From: Eledone cirrhosa
Lineage: Eukaryota
Assembly: GCA_964016885.1 (NCBI GenBank)
Contig: OZ024747.1
Coordinates: forward strand, 91,512,001-91,576,000
Direction of reading: 5' to 3'
DNA length: 64,000 nucleotides
Shown here: positions 27,078-41,170 of the stretch, piece after piece
Layout of the letters: the number at the start of each line of letters is the position of its first letter
How positions within the stretch are numbered: the stretch's first letter is position 1
Translations under genes and position numbers: made by a program
Notes under the pieces: model-generated
The model's input: the letters and a program-made list of their open reading frames with translations, nothing else
What the model was told of the DNA's origin: nothing
Databases searched by the model: none

Positions 27078-27178
27078 TTAGCTTTGCCTTTCATCCTCGC
27101 GGGGGTCGAAAAAATAAAGCACCAGTAATACACAGGAATAATTGCTGGCCTTGTGCTAAAAGAAGAAACAATTATTAT
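27078..27178 (+). mobile_element. SINE (main family) 3' half
   Basis: Homology to the other copies. Confidence 0.8.
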
Positions 27179-28429
27179 TATAGATTACCTAATGGTTTCA
27201 AATAAAAGAGGAAACTGTTGATGTATTTATTAAAGTATGACTAATGAACTTACTCAAAAGAATACCAAACTGGAAGTCCCAGCTTGCACAGTAAGATAGT
27301 CATTCCTTCCAAGTATCTATTGAATATGATATTCAATAGACATTAGGAGAGAATGACTGTCTTACTGTGAAATATAAGACAAACATAAATGAAATGAGGA
27401 ACAACACAGCCTGTGATATATTTATTGTGATCAGTAAAGTTGTCTGATTAACTATACTTTTTCATGTAAAATGAACATACAACGCCTGACGAATAAAACA
27501 GACGTCAGTTGTTCACTACAGGTGACAGGCGACATTATGAAACTTCAGAAGATAAAAGAAATTAGAAGAGGAACCAAGAATAAAGTATTATCGAAAAGCA
27601 TTGCATACTATCACATTACTGGATTCTAGAGAGTGTGAAAATATTTTACATCTATTATTTTATACAACGTTCAGCGACGTTTAATTTAGTTTCAAAATAG
27701 TCAAGAACGTCTACAATTTAGACCTTCTTGACTCTAGATGATATTAAGGCAAAAAAAACAGCTTCCAGTTTATGTCTTGATATCACACAATTTATTTGCA
27801 ATCTACCACAAGAAACGACAGTGAAATATGTATAGAATACTTCAAACTTTATTTCAAAAGTGAGAAAAGGGAGAATAATTGATGCATTCTATCAGAAGTT
27901 TCAGCAAATCTATTGAAATGCAATACGGATGTTTTGACACCTTTGCAATACAAGTCTTACAAAGAGAGAATGAAATAAAGTCTTTATTATCCATCCAGAT
28001 AATAAAGCAATAACATCCCGAAGGTGTATGCATATATAGATATCTGGATAACATGCTGTAGGTAGAGATGAATCAAAATAAAATAAAATATAGAGAAACA
28101 CTGTACGATGAGATGAGGGCAATATTAGAATACAAACAGATCTAATTGATAGCAATAAAACATACACACCGTGGTATGATGTCTACCTTCAGTGACAGAA
28201 AAATGTAATATAGAATGAGTTAGACCTATGTACCAGTATTACACGGCATCTACCAGGCAAAGGAGAGGAAAAAACTATTGTATGTAACAAACACATTCTA
28301 CTTAGCAATTATAAATCTTAGGTAAAGAAAAGTGAAGAGAAACGTAGCCGTGTAGCGAGGAAGATCAATGGTGATATATATATATATATAAAGGAGTAGA
28401 AAAGAAAATACAAATAAAACAAAAAACCG

Positions 28430-28745
28430 TAGTTCGAAAATTGGAAAGAAAAAGTATTATATTGGCAATGATTCTAGAACTCAAAAGATATATCAGGAGA
28501 GGAATAATGAGATTGGCTAAAAGATGAAATAATAAAGAGAAACATAAAAGCCCTTATCGTGGCTGTAAGAAAAAATGAAAGGACAAACCTTGTTAAAAAC
28601 AAAATTTGACAGCATCTAGCAAGTTATGTGATGAAAATACTCTACCATATAGGGTACAACAATGAAAGTATAGCGTAAAAACAAAACATCACAAGTCACA
28701 AGAATGTGAGGAGAAATATACACCCACGAGGCTAGTGGGAAATTT
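28430..28745 (+). mobile_element. Highly degenerate R4/Dong-like LINE relic
   Basis: NWKEKVLYWQ...DWLKDEIIKRNIKALIVAV...RTNLVKNKI resembles W..K.LHGQ...WL..G.LK.ETE.LI.AAQ...RTN..K..I. Confidence 0.4.
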
Positions 28746-28899
28746 CGCTTCGAATTAAGTTAAAACCTATTATAATAATATAATAGATACACAAAGCAGA
28801 ATTTATCCAATGATTCATTTACAAATTTTCTACCTTGGGTAATAGAATGAACTCTATAGATAATAAACACAACCACAAGGATATGGTCCGAATGTGGAA

Positions 28900-29198
28900 G
28901 AGCCGAAATCCCACTGTCATCGCCTCCATCTCTATCGACCTTCCCATCTCTTTGTATGATGGTGAGAAAATGGGGTCCCGCGTACTGGCCTCCCCACACC
29001 CCCAGCGGACAGAATGGAGAAGGCGTTTCCCCGGAGGATGGTAAGGGAAATGCGCTGGACGAGCCATTCCATTTCGGGAGGCTGACACCTGCGGCTGGCC
29101 AGCACAGCCCCTATGGTGGTGAGTAGGGAGGTAGCCCTAGGGCCACGGACACCAGAAGTCTCCACTGCCAAGGGCACCACCGCAAACCTGTCGGAGAG
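28900..29198 (-). mobile_element. CRE-clade LINE 3' end (restriction-like endonuclease C-terminus plus 3' UTR)
   Basis: LSDRFAVVPLAVETSGVRGPRATSLLTTIG...EWLVQRISLTILRGNAFSIL matches the CRE/SLACS-type P.AVET.G...QRLS.AIQRGNA motif. Confidence 0.75.
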
Positions 29199-29951
29199 TA
29201 ACCGGTACTTGGAGAGAGTTGTAAAGCGCCGGGTGAAATGTCCTTAGTACTTGTTCCGGCTCAAAGCGTTCTGAATTCAAATCTCATTGAAATCAACTTC
29301 GCCTTTCATCATTTTGAGCTCCATAAATAAAATACCAGTCGTGTACTAGTTATTTCTCACTCCCCTTCTCCGATCTTCCTCTCTTTCTCCCTTTCTCAAT
29401 CTCCCTTTCTCATTCTCTCTCTTCTTTTCTCGTTCTCTCATTCTCTCTCTATTATTCTCATTTTCTCTCTTTCATTCTATGGAAGATATCGACTAAAGAC
29501 TTGTGGGCATCGACAGATGTATAATCAACAAGGCATGGTAACTGTTAGGACGTGGGTCCTACAAATCCATTAGGGATTAAGAGACCTATAAATAGATATA
29601 CTTAAAAATAACGTATGCTAATACATTGGTTTTGTCGTACTATATGATAAAGAGACGATACTATTAAAACTGCAAACACAGTTATTCAAGAAAACGAGAA
29701 GTGGGACTCAGCTTGGCATAATGAAAAGTAAATGTATAGTGTGTGTATATATATATGTATATATATATATATATATAGTATGTTTATCACTATACTGCAA
29801 GCAGTCTTAAAGTTACTGTAATTATTAGTATGTCAGTTGTTACAAAAATCATACAGATACGCACATGAGCGCGCGCACGCACACACATGCACACACACAC
29901 ACATGCATACATACACACACGCACAATATACATATTTGTATGTATATCTAA

Positions 29952-30071
<120 letters not shown>

Positions 30072-30082
30072 CTGTATGTATG

Positions 30083-30355
30083 TCAGGTCACCAGATGGTG
30101 CTACTGGTAACATGTATTCCAGTACAACCTGTCCCATGGTCGGGTCGTTGGCGACTAAACTGGCAACCCCACCAAGGTTTCTTGGTGAGGAGGGTGACTT
30201 TGGACATCCTACACGACTAAAAGCAAAACCTGTCAAAGGGCAAAGGAGCTCTTAAGAGTCAATGGCCATCCAAAATCACCAGGACAGATGACCCCTTAGT
30301 CTTTGTCAAGGCAGAATTCTAGGAGAAGGAAAACTCTGATATAACACCTGCAACC
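30083..30355 (+). mobile_element. Probable RTE-clade element 5' UTR
   Basis: Contains CTAGGAGAAGGAAAACTCTGA, a motif recalled from RTE 5' regions, plus several hairpins. No ORF follows. Confidence 0.45.
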
Positions 30356-31419
30356 ATGATGGTATCCAATGATGTTGACTTGTTCTTCTTTTTGGTAAAT
30401 ATCTTCTTGGTTAAGAGAGTGGGACTGGCTTTGTGCAGTGCCTTTGCTCACTATAAAGCTTCACGGCACAGGCATTGTTTTGTATCTGGAGATCTCTCTG
30501 CACTTGTCGTCACAGGGTACCAAGGGCCCAGCACTATGTGTCAATAATTGTCACAAGTGTAGTGTTTGTACCAGAGTTTTCAAGTTGCTGGCTGGACTAA
30601 AAAGTTACACTCGTTCAGCGCTTTGGTAGGGGTTCTCCTACATGGATATAAAGTAGTGGCCGTACTCGAAAACGAGTTGGCAGCCACCATGTATGTATGT
30701 ATATATATATATAATGTGCGCCCGTACCTGTATAAATCTGCATTCATACACTCACACGTACACATATACATACATGTACACATACATACATATATACTTA
30801 CAATCACACATACACGTGCGTGCGTGCGTGTGTCGATAATTGCCGAATGCATAACAGCTGGTGTTGTACAATGAAATGGTTGTTAGAAGAGATCTTCCTG
30901 GAGAAGCGAAATGATCAACAATTAAATACATGTAACTGCCAATGCCTACACATCAAATGTGCAATCAACAGCAAATGGTTGATCTTGATTGTCTACCGTC
31001 ATAGATTTACATTTCGTCTTCTCAAATGTTATTTTATACCGAGCTAGGCCTCATTGGGAAAAACATTAAGAATTAAAATTCTCCACCCTTGACTATCGGG
31101 TCTCTTGTTGAAAATCTTATATTTTTGGAGACTTTTCTAGTTGGCTGCCTTGATTGTTTCCTAACCCAATATAAGTGTTGGGTTCATCAATTTCAGCCGG
31201 ATACAAGGAGATATATAGATATGTATTGGGGAAAAAAGCTTTTATTTCATTGATATAAACTATCATTTGCCCCTTTGTTTAGTTTCTTAAATTTGAAGTC
31301 TAATATCGTGGGGAAGTGTAGCCAAAAGCGGGAAGTGTAAGGAAAGAGGTCAACATCTGAGAGCTTATACCTTGAGTAGAAAATGGCTGACATGTTTTGA
31401 AGATGTGATTGAACCGCCG

Positions 31420-31791
31420 TCAGTTAACTCGTGAAATTAATGTGCATGTGGTTCAGGATTACACACACATGTTCTGGCGCTCCGTCTGTTACGACGACGA
31501 GAGTTCCAGTTGATACAATCAATGGAACAGCCTGCTCATGAAATAAATGTGCGGGTGGCTGAGCATTCCACAAACACGTGTGCACTTAACGTAGTTCTCA
31601 GGGAGATTCAGCGTGACACAGAATTGGACAAGGGTGGGCCTTCGTATTGCTGGATCAACTCATTTTTACCAACTGAGTCAACTGAAGCAGCGTGAAATAA
31701 AGTGTCTTGCTGAAGGACACAAGGGTCGCCGGGAACCGAACACATGACCTTACGATCGTGAGCCAAATACTCTAACCACTAAGCCATGCGA
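31420..31791 (-). mobile_element. Second tRNA-derived SINE family (CORE-like body)
   Basis: Minus strand CGCATGGCTTAGTGGTTAGAG...GTTCGGTTCCC (A/B boxes), then GTGTCCTTCAGCAAGACACTTTATTTCA. Related fragment at about 5290-5360. Confidence 0.75.
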
Positions 31792-32635
31792 CTTCACAAC
31801 AGACACATGTGTGTGAAAAATGATGCCCTTTCAGTTATAAGTACAACTAATTTTTTTAGAACTGAATAAACTGCAACAACGTAAAATAAATTGGCTTGCC
31901 CAATGAAAGAATGAATCAGCTGAATATGCTTTTGTAGAGTGAATTTATAAATCTGATCATTTGGTGGGAGGGGGAGACTGCCGGAGGAAGTGGGGGGTGA
32001 AGAAACATGCAAAAACTAATGAAAATATATAATCACTCGTGGCATAAACACACAAACATACACAAACACACACACACACGTCCGCCCGTATGCACACAGA
32101 CACACACACACACACACACACAAGAAAACAGTGATAAAGTTATGTTTCTTGAGATTATTTTTACTTTTCTTTTTGTAGTGTTTTCATTATTAGAAATGTC
32201 ATTTTATTTGATAACAAGTCCAGTAACTTTTCAACTAAGAGCCGTTAATTTTCTTCTAATCAATAACCAGGTGGCAATTGTCCGATTTTCTTCTCACCTT
32301 CGTGGAAGAATGCAATCAGCCGTAAAATATTTGATATATTTCAACAGCATTGATCCATTTCTGACATAATCGATCGCGACAACATACCAGAGCGAAGCAA
32401 AATATAGAACTAATTATTTCTAAAAGAAAGAAAACTTTTTTCAAACATAAACAAAAGCTTGTTAAGCAATGAAATATCATTTCTGAAGGCAGAATAATGA
32501 TTATGATAGAAGTGGTGATGTGATTATAGTGAAGCTGTTGCTGTGGGTGGTGTTGATATTGATGATGTGATCATTAGTAGTGATACTGGTTGCATGGTGA
32601 GGTGTAGGTTGGATGATGGTTGAGCGGCAGTGATG

Positions 32636-32851
32636 GTTTCAAGTGCATTTATGCACAAGACCAGCAATTTTGGGGGAAGGGGGTAAGTCGATTAAATCGA
32701 CCCTCCAGTACATTACTGGTACTTTATTTTATCGACCCTGTAAGGTTGTTAGCCAAAGTTAACCGCGGCGGGATTTGAACTCAGATCGTAAAGGTCCGTA
32801 ACTCTATGCTGCAAAACATGGCATCCGACCATTTACCGTTACTGCCGATCC
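32636..32851 (-). mobile_element. SINE (main family, long variant)
   Basis: Homology to the other copies. Confidence 0.85.
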
Positions 32852-33247
32852 AAAATGATAATGATGCTTGAGATAGTGGTATGTATGGTAGTTGAGAATA
32901 AGTTTCCTATTTGAAGTTACAACTAATGCACCCTACAATTTCCATGTGATACACTATGTATGAAAGTGTGTAGATTGCTATAACTATTCTTCTAGATTCA
33001 GGCTTAAAATTCTTTAAAATAGTGAATATGTGGCCAGCAGCTTATTGACATTTTATTTAACGTACTGGCCTGGCATCCGATAAATGTTGCTCGATTCTAC
33101 ACTGATGCCCTCTGTAAACTATTCTTTCTGTATCCAGGGGTGCTTTACCCAAATTTCCCAACAATCATTTGATATGGTCCTTTTTGTCAGGATATGTGTA
33201 AATATATGTACACTACCCCCCCCCCATATATATATATATATATATAT

Positions 33248-33435
33248 AAGAAAAGAGTCAGGACCCCGACGGCTGAGCTCCGGCCGTTTGAACACCTAGA
33301 TCTAGATGTCGAAACGGCCGGAGCTCAGCCGTCGGGGTTCTGACTCTTTTCCTATTACCCACTCTACTACCCTAAGTATTGAGTACTCTGGTGCGTTATG
33401 GCTCAACTGGTTCCTTACCACACTTTCTTTGTTAT
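33248..33435 (+). mobile_element. GC-hairpin mini-cassette, copy 1 of 4
   Basis: Palindrome 33251-33350 followed by the shared tail CCTATTACCCACTCTACTAC...GGTTCCTTACCAC. TA-flanked. Confidence 0.8.
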
Positions 33436-33541
33436 ATAATGCACAGCCTTTCTTCACGCACAGGCATTGCACGACAGCATTAATTGATAATTATTAATAA
33501 TGTTATATTGCGCAATGGCCATACTCGATACCGAGGGGACA

Positions 33542-33609
<68 letters not shown>

Positions 33610-33765
33610 TGAGGTTGTCAGTTCCTGGACCGGGTGATGCGTTGCCATATTGCTCCTTCTGCCTGGAGTGGCGACCGATAGATAATATTAGCAATTGGAA
33701 AGACTAACGGAAACATTGTTCCTCGGTCCGATTTGACGAAAGTCGACCCCCCCCCCCCCCAAAAA

Positions 33766-33810
<45 letters not shown>

Positions 33811-33905
33811 AACTTCTGTAGAAGACCGAGTTGGAACGCGAATATATTAGAATTCATAGAATAAGTTAATTTTGTTCATTATTCTATGAATATATATATA
33901 TATAT

Positions 33906-34320
33906 ATATTGGTAAAAGGAAAAGAAAATGCTGACAAATTGTTCCCAGTGAAAAATAGTTTAATTAGGAATAAGTAAAAATTAGTAATACGTATTGGTTA
34001 GTATTCAGTTTTAGTTTTAAGTTTTTACCGGTTGCGCATTTCTAATGCTTTTCAAAAATAATTTTGAGATAGAGCGCCCGTGATGTTTACTCTAATCTGA
34101 GCAAACATCACGGGCGCTCTATCTCAAAATTATTTTTGAAAAGCATTAGAAATGCGCAACCGGTAAAAACTTAAAACTAAAACTGAATACTAACCAATAC
34201 TTATTACTAATTTTTACTTATTCCTAATTAAACTATTTTTCACTGGGAACAATTTGTCAGCATTTTCTTTTCCTTTTACCAATATATCACAACTCGTGTG
34301 TTACACCTCTATTCTTTTAA
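33906..34320 (+). mobile_element. (TA)n-embedded fold-back PLE terminus with U3-A8 hammerhead-like motif
   Basis: Arms about 33906-34093 and 34099-34285 are reverse complements. Motif TTT-TTGAAAA-GCAT tagaa ATGC-GCAA-CCGG-TA-AAA at 34133-34168 has GCAA in place of GAAA. Confidence 0.7.
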
Positions 34321-34333
34321 ATATATATATATA

Positions 34334-34525
34334 TAACGAAGGAAATGTGGTAAGGAAACAGGTAGACCATAACGCACCAAAGTACTCAATACTTAGGGTA
34401 GTAGAGTGGGTAATAGGAACGAATAGGACCCCGACGGCTGAGCTAAAGCCGTTTCGACGGCTAATTCTGGCTCCAGAATTAGCCGTCGAAACGGCTTGAG
34501 CTCAGCCGTCGGAGTCCTACTCGTT

Positions 34526-34530
<5 letters not shown>
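34334..34530 (-). mobile_element. GC-hairpin mini-cassette, copy 2 of 4
   Basis: Shared tail on the minus strand, palindrome 34413-34530, TA-flanked. Confidence 0.8.
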
Positions 34531-34564
<34 letters not shown>

Positions 34565-34789
34565 ATATCAAACTATTTTCGATTTCATAAAGTTATGAAT
34601 GTAGACAAGAAGGTTACGTCAACACTAGTTCTGTCATGGACAGATCACTTAAACTCGTAGGAAGGCTTTCGCAATTAAATAATACACTCAATGTAGGAAA
34701 GACTGAAACCAATCTAAAAAATATATGCACAGGACTAGAGACAAACAAATAGTATAATTCTATATACATAAATACATGCTTGCCTGCAT

Positions 34790-34854
<65 letters not shown>

Positions 34855-35114
34855 TGCTTGCAGGCATACTTACCCGTATATACATGTATATATATGTGTG
34901 TGTGTATACACACACTCATACACACATACACACATATATATAAATAAAAATATATATTCATAAATATATATATACGCACAGATATATTAATAAATAAATA
35001 AATCTACATTCACATATATATGTATATATATACATAAATATATATACATGTATAAATAAATATATATACTTTCATATATATATATATAAATATTCACGTA
35101 TCTATATATATATA

Positions 35115-35171
<57 letters not shown>

Positions 35172-35184
35172 AGATAGATACATT

Positions 35185-35235
<51 letters not shown>

Positions 35236-35709
35236 TTACACACACATACACACACACACACAATAATAAAATACGAACATACATCCTGCACTTGCAGAAG
35301 AGAAAGTACTTAAATACATTTGAAAAACATATTTAAGTAGCGACACATGCTCTCAGAATTTAATATCTTGTGAATGAGCTGAATATGTAACACAGAAGTA
35401 GAGAAATATACTTCTAGTTGTTTTCTTTTCTATATTAGTTTATCTTTACATATGTCTTATTTGGAACGAAATCTCTCTTTCAAGATCCGCCATAGTGTTA
35501 ACGATTCTGTTTCTGCTTCTTTCTAGTTCGTTCGTTTTGGTTTTGCTTTTTCCACACAAATTTCAGGCGACAAACATTATAAAAATACTATAGAAAGAAA
35601 AATCTGGGAAACTCTAAAGAAATACAAATTAAGGTGAATATCGTGAAAAAAAAAAACCTTGTGCAATTTGAAAAAAAAAAAAAAAATCATATACACACAC
35701 ATAGATACA

Positions 35710-35847
<138 letters not shown>

Positions 35848-35964
35848 CATATATATATATTTATACATAGGTATACCAATATATATATATATACACTCAC
35901 ACACACACATATATATATATACATATACATACATACATATACATTTATATGTGTATATATATAT

Positions 35965-36038
<74 letters not shown>

Positions 36039-37808
36039 ATGTGTGTGTGTGTGTGTGTATGTATGCGTAAATAATTATGAAATTCAGTAAGAGAAAAAGA
36101 CGAATATGAAGATTCGTGATAAATGTAGTAATATACACAGACAAATATTCAATAAACGAAATCTCCTCAAAGAGGTCCTGATTAGTAAAAAATATATTAA
36201 ATAAAAAGTCGAGGTGAAAAATGATAGAAGCAGCATTTGATGAAAAAAAGAAAGCAGATGTCTTTTACACGAAATGAGCGTTTTGAAGTGGAGAAAAAAG
36301 ACTACACTCTCAAGTAGTAGAAATATTCCCCAAATGAACTAGCAATTATATATATATATATATATATAATGTGTGAGTGTGTGTATGAATTTATATATGT
36401 ATGTGTGTAAATATATATGAATGTATGTGTATGTATATATGTCTTTGTGTACGTGTGTGTGTGGACGTAGATATGTGCGTAGTTGGTTAGTAGCAACCGA
36501 CGAAAGATTATTCAATACATGTGGTAGCGTATTTTATGTTATTCGGCTGAACATATAGGCTATTGTTTATCACATTCGCTGTTATATATGTATGCATACA
36601 CACACATGTATATATATATGGATTTCTCAATATTATATATATATATATATAATATTGAGAAATCCATCGAGATCGAGAGAAAATATCGATTTCTAACATT
36701 GGCACTAGACCCGGTATCGTAGATAAGAGAATGGTCGATTGCAGCATATCGAATACTGGAGGGCTAATTATATTAACTAGAGTAGAAGGAGGAAATGCGA
36801 ACAATTACTCCAGAGAGATTTGAACTCAGAACGTAAAGGGATGAATCATGTAATTCGTTGCTTTATAATGTCTGCAACTGGCCAGTCGCTGTTACTGCAA
36901 CATTGGAAAAAGGAACAGAATAAGAATAATTATAGCAAACATTTTCTCCAGAAATTACCGGGTAGCTGCAACTAAAAGTCTTGCAAACAAATGGCTTGTT
37001 TAACAAACCTATTCAACTGAAAGTCTCGACAAATCTTTCAAATCATAAACTTATTTTGTATTCGATTTGAAGAAGTTAATCTCTTAATGTAGCCATTATT
37101 GAGTTTAGTTGCCTTTAAGTTGTAAACTATTGAGTGAACTAGCAAGAATTTACATTGTTGCTTTTGGTCGTCTCCTAAAATTCTACGAAAGAAATTCAGT
37201 TGTCTATTGCATCAGTCTTAATAATTTTCCAAAGACTATTTCTCGTTTCTTGATCCCAAACCAATGATTTGATAAAATCTAATAGCTATTTGAAAATCCG
37301 GAAATAAATCATAATAGATTTAATTGTTACAATAGTACCTCCTATAGAGTATAAATCAACATGTCGGCTGTTAGATCAGACCTCTGATACATTGAACTGT
37401 GGCTTACAATGTAAAAAATTGATTTGTCTCAGTGAATAAACAAGTTATATAACTGGATTACTTTGAATGAATCTACAGGCGTGTAAGTATTGTTTTAATA
37501 GAAGTCAGTGCACTTTTCCGTTACATTTGTTACCATTTCATTGGTCATAGAAATATGTTACAGTATACAAGGAAACATAACTTACTGTCGAGAAATAATT
37601 TAATATATATAAACATTGTTAATATGTAAGGTAAACATACTTAACCATTTGATGAATGTTATGGTAGAAACCCACATATTTATTTAAGGTAACATTTGAG
37701 ATTCATGTTCTTGTAATTGATGGATTCCGTTAAATAGAATTACTACTGGTGATATTGATTCAATGCAACTTCATTAAAATCCTACTCCCTTTCCATTATT
37801 TGAATCTA

Positions 37809-38198
37809 CGGTGGGTTGGCAGTATCGTTAGCGGGTCCGACGCCATGCGTCGACGCATAGTTACGGCCCTTGCCATTCTGTGTTCAAATCCCGCCGAGGT
37901 TAATTTTACCTTTCATCCTTACGGGGTCGATAAAATAAAGTACCAGTAATGCACTGGGTAATTGCTGGCCTTGTGCCAAAAGTAGAAACAATTATTTGAA
38001 TCTACGGCGGATTGGCAGTATCGTTAGAGGGTCGGACGCCATGCGTTGACGCATAATTACGGCCCTTGTCATTCTGTGTTCAAATCCCGCTGAGGTTAAC
38101 TTTGCCTTTCATCCTTACGGGATTGATAAAATAAAGTATCAGTAATGCACTTGGTAATCGCTGGGCTTGTGTCTTGTGCCAAATGTAGAAACAATTAT
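37809..38198 (+). mobile_element. Two head-to-tail SINEs (main family)
   Basis: Copies at 37809-37995 and 38005-38198. ATTATTTGRATCTAC occurs before, between and after them. Confidence 0.9.
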
Positions 38199-38472
38199 TT
38201 GGATCTACTTGTTTGTTAAGTATCTATTTAATTTTAACAGTGGTAGAACGAATCTGACTACTGGACTAAAAGTTTCTTGTTGTTTCAAAGATAGAAGCCT
38301 CAACCAAATCATCTCATAATTTAAAGGCGAGTGGAGGTGAGAATTTAAGTCATAACCCTCTAAGCTGGACAAATACCACAGAGTATCATCTCCGATGCAT
38401 TAATAGTTCCACAAATTTATTTATTTATGAAAATGATGACATTAAAAGTGGACTGCGATAGGATTTGAACTT

Positions 38473-38584
38473 CTTGTGACACTAAAGTCCGCCAGATGCA
38501 GACTGCGTATCAACATGAGATATTTTTCTCCACAAAGTTCGATCACCAGCAGCAGAGTTCAAAGAGCAAATATCAAGTCCAGAT
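38473..38584 (-). mobile_element. RTE-like LINE extreme 3' end (same family as 43642-43990)
   Basis: Direct nucleotide similarity to 43642-43750. Confidence 0.7.
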
Positions 38585-39625
38585 TTGAACTTAGAGTGCA
38601 CAAAGTCGGTGCCAAAACCATCAAGCATTTAATTCATCGATCTAACAACTCATTCAATTCGTACTTATTTCTGAGTAGAAATGTCATCTTTACTATTTAT
38701 CCCTTTAGGACCGAGAACAAATTAACTGTTAAATATATGAAGATATTCAAGAAACGTATGACCCTCTTCTGAACTGTTGTGGCCTTGTTATTATTTAAGA
38801 TCTCAATATTTATATATTTTATCTTTTGATAAACTTGAGAAGGATCTGAACAATTATAAACCTCTTTTTCTCCTCTCTCAATATGAAACCTAATACTTTC
38901 GAATGTCGTCATATCTATGCTGGAATCTGGAATTAACCTTTAATGAACAGCTAAAATAAATAAATATTTCAACCATATAATTATTACAGAAGTTTCTTTC
39001 AATTTCCTGACAACCAGCAAGCGCTTCGTAGTTCAACATACAACTATTTTAAATGTATATTGTATTCCTTTTACTTTTAATTTTCATAGATGGTAGAGCA
39101 TTTATAAAATATTTAGTATCCAAGTGCTGTTTATTTTCACAATATTTCAGTAACTGGTCAACTACCAGCTGTTTTTTTTGCTAGATTTTCATAAATATAT
39201 TACACCTCAACAACTGCACATTTTCTCATGCCCTTTAGGTTTCACACCCAGTATATCCGGAACTTGTACTTCATATTGATATATTATTTTAGTAAACGCC
39301 ATTGTTCAAGATTACATGACTAACAAACAAATGTAAGAATTTCCATATTCACATGCCTTCAAATTCATCATAATAGGTAAATAGAAACTTATTTTGCCAC
39401 ATATGATTTTATGGCTTTATCTAACAATTTAACACAGGTTGTGGTTAATATCTACTAGATAGTGTCGATCTAACTATCATAATGCCAACAGAAATTGGAG
39501 TGATACATATGTAGATAACATACTTTATACCTAGAAAGTCTCAAATGTCTAACTAACTATATTTGAATAATATCTTTATAATAAACCAAAGCTAAGTTAG
39601 ATGTGATCAAGGGAATATATTCACA

Positions 39626-39884
39626 ATATAAAGAGTGGTGGGCTCATGCACGGAGATGCTATAAAACAGCTTTAAAAATAGGCTGAATACCCTTAAATAC
39701 AGAAAAAGAAACAACCAACGATCGCTACGCGGTACCGACCTCCGTATCTTCCAGATACCGGTATACAGGGTGTTATTCCACGTAGCGGCTGATGCAAACT
39801 TCATTTCCCGTCTTTAAGGGTCTTCACTCTATTTTATAATCTATTTTATAGCATCCCCACACATGATCACCCCTTTCTTTATAT
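39626..39884. mobile_element. Old imperfect fold-back element (MITE-like)
   Basis: The two halves are reverse complements along most of their length with many mismatches (GATGCTATAAAA, ACCCTTAAA and CGCTACG blocks). Confidence 0.6.
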
Positions 39885-41170
39885 AAACTATATCCACTCG
39901 GCGCTTCGTAAAAGTCTGAGAGATCTTCAAATAAAACAAATGAAATAACTTACTGCAAATACTACATTGTCGGCCACCTTTTTGAGAAATATTACAGGGT
40001 CCTTATATAAGTAAATATATTTTATATAGTACTCTCGCCGACAATACCTCTTGCATATATATCATAGACTGTGGTCTGGTTTTATAAACTCTTACTTTGA
40101 AATGTTAAAAAAATGATACACAGTCCGCAATTTCCAATACTTTATGTTTTACCTTATACGCTGTTTTATTTACATTTTTCAAATAATTTCTGATAAATAT
40201 TTTTGTCGGGTATATTATCACTGGAATTACGTAAAAGTAATAAAAACCATGGAGTTTGTGTATCGATTCAACATAAGAATTGACCAAGAATACTTTCTAT
40301 TAGGACAAAGGGATATTTTAACGAATATCAATAACGACCAAACCTCCCTCTGGCAGTAGACATTTGAACGTTATTATCTATTTCTAGTAACTCTCAGATA
40401 TGTACAGATAATACATAAGAATCATTTGTACAACAAATTCAGGAAATATACAGGCAGAAACACACAGCAATACATTATACTGTCTTTTATTAAGGCTTCG
40501 AGATATTCCTTTTCATTTAAGAATAGATTTTGTCATTGGTCTTTGTCACTATAAGTAGAGATTCAAATCCTGAAGACAGCTGCATTTTCTAAAAGAGCCT
40601 CTATCTCATAAAATATTTGGAACATTTGAAATATTCCATTTTTAGTAATATATGGAAACCAGTTTGAATGTATACTTTGCACAATCTATGTACATAAAAA
40701 GTGTGTCTTATTCTATTAGAATTAGACTGAAGAACACGTCACAGCTACTTGTTTGTGTGTGTATATTTATAGCAAAGTTTAATGGGCTTCCACTGATGAT
40801 TTATAAGCGCCCACCTAAATATATTCTTACATGAATGTATATTAGGCTTCTACATAAACTGGAAATATTCTCCCAATTTTGTAGAAAACTTATAATGAAA
40901 CAATTGTTTGGAAAGAGAGATATATTTTAACTTTAATTATATCTCATAAAATAATACAACTGGCTTTTCCACATAATACATATTGTTAGCACCCCAAACA
41001 CTTAAATTGGGATTATATTAAAATATAACATAATGTTTGTTGAGTGAGATGGTTACCAGTCAGTGTTTAGCTTTAAACTATCTCTGTTATTGTATTAAAT
41101 ATATATATATATATATATAGAATAAGGAAAAGCGAAGTAGTTTCAGATGTTCAAGTCCTTTAATAATAAT

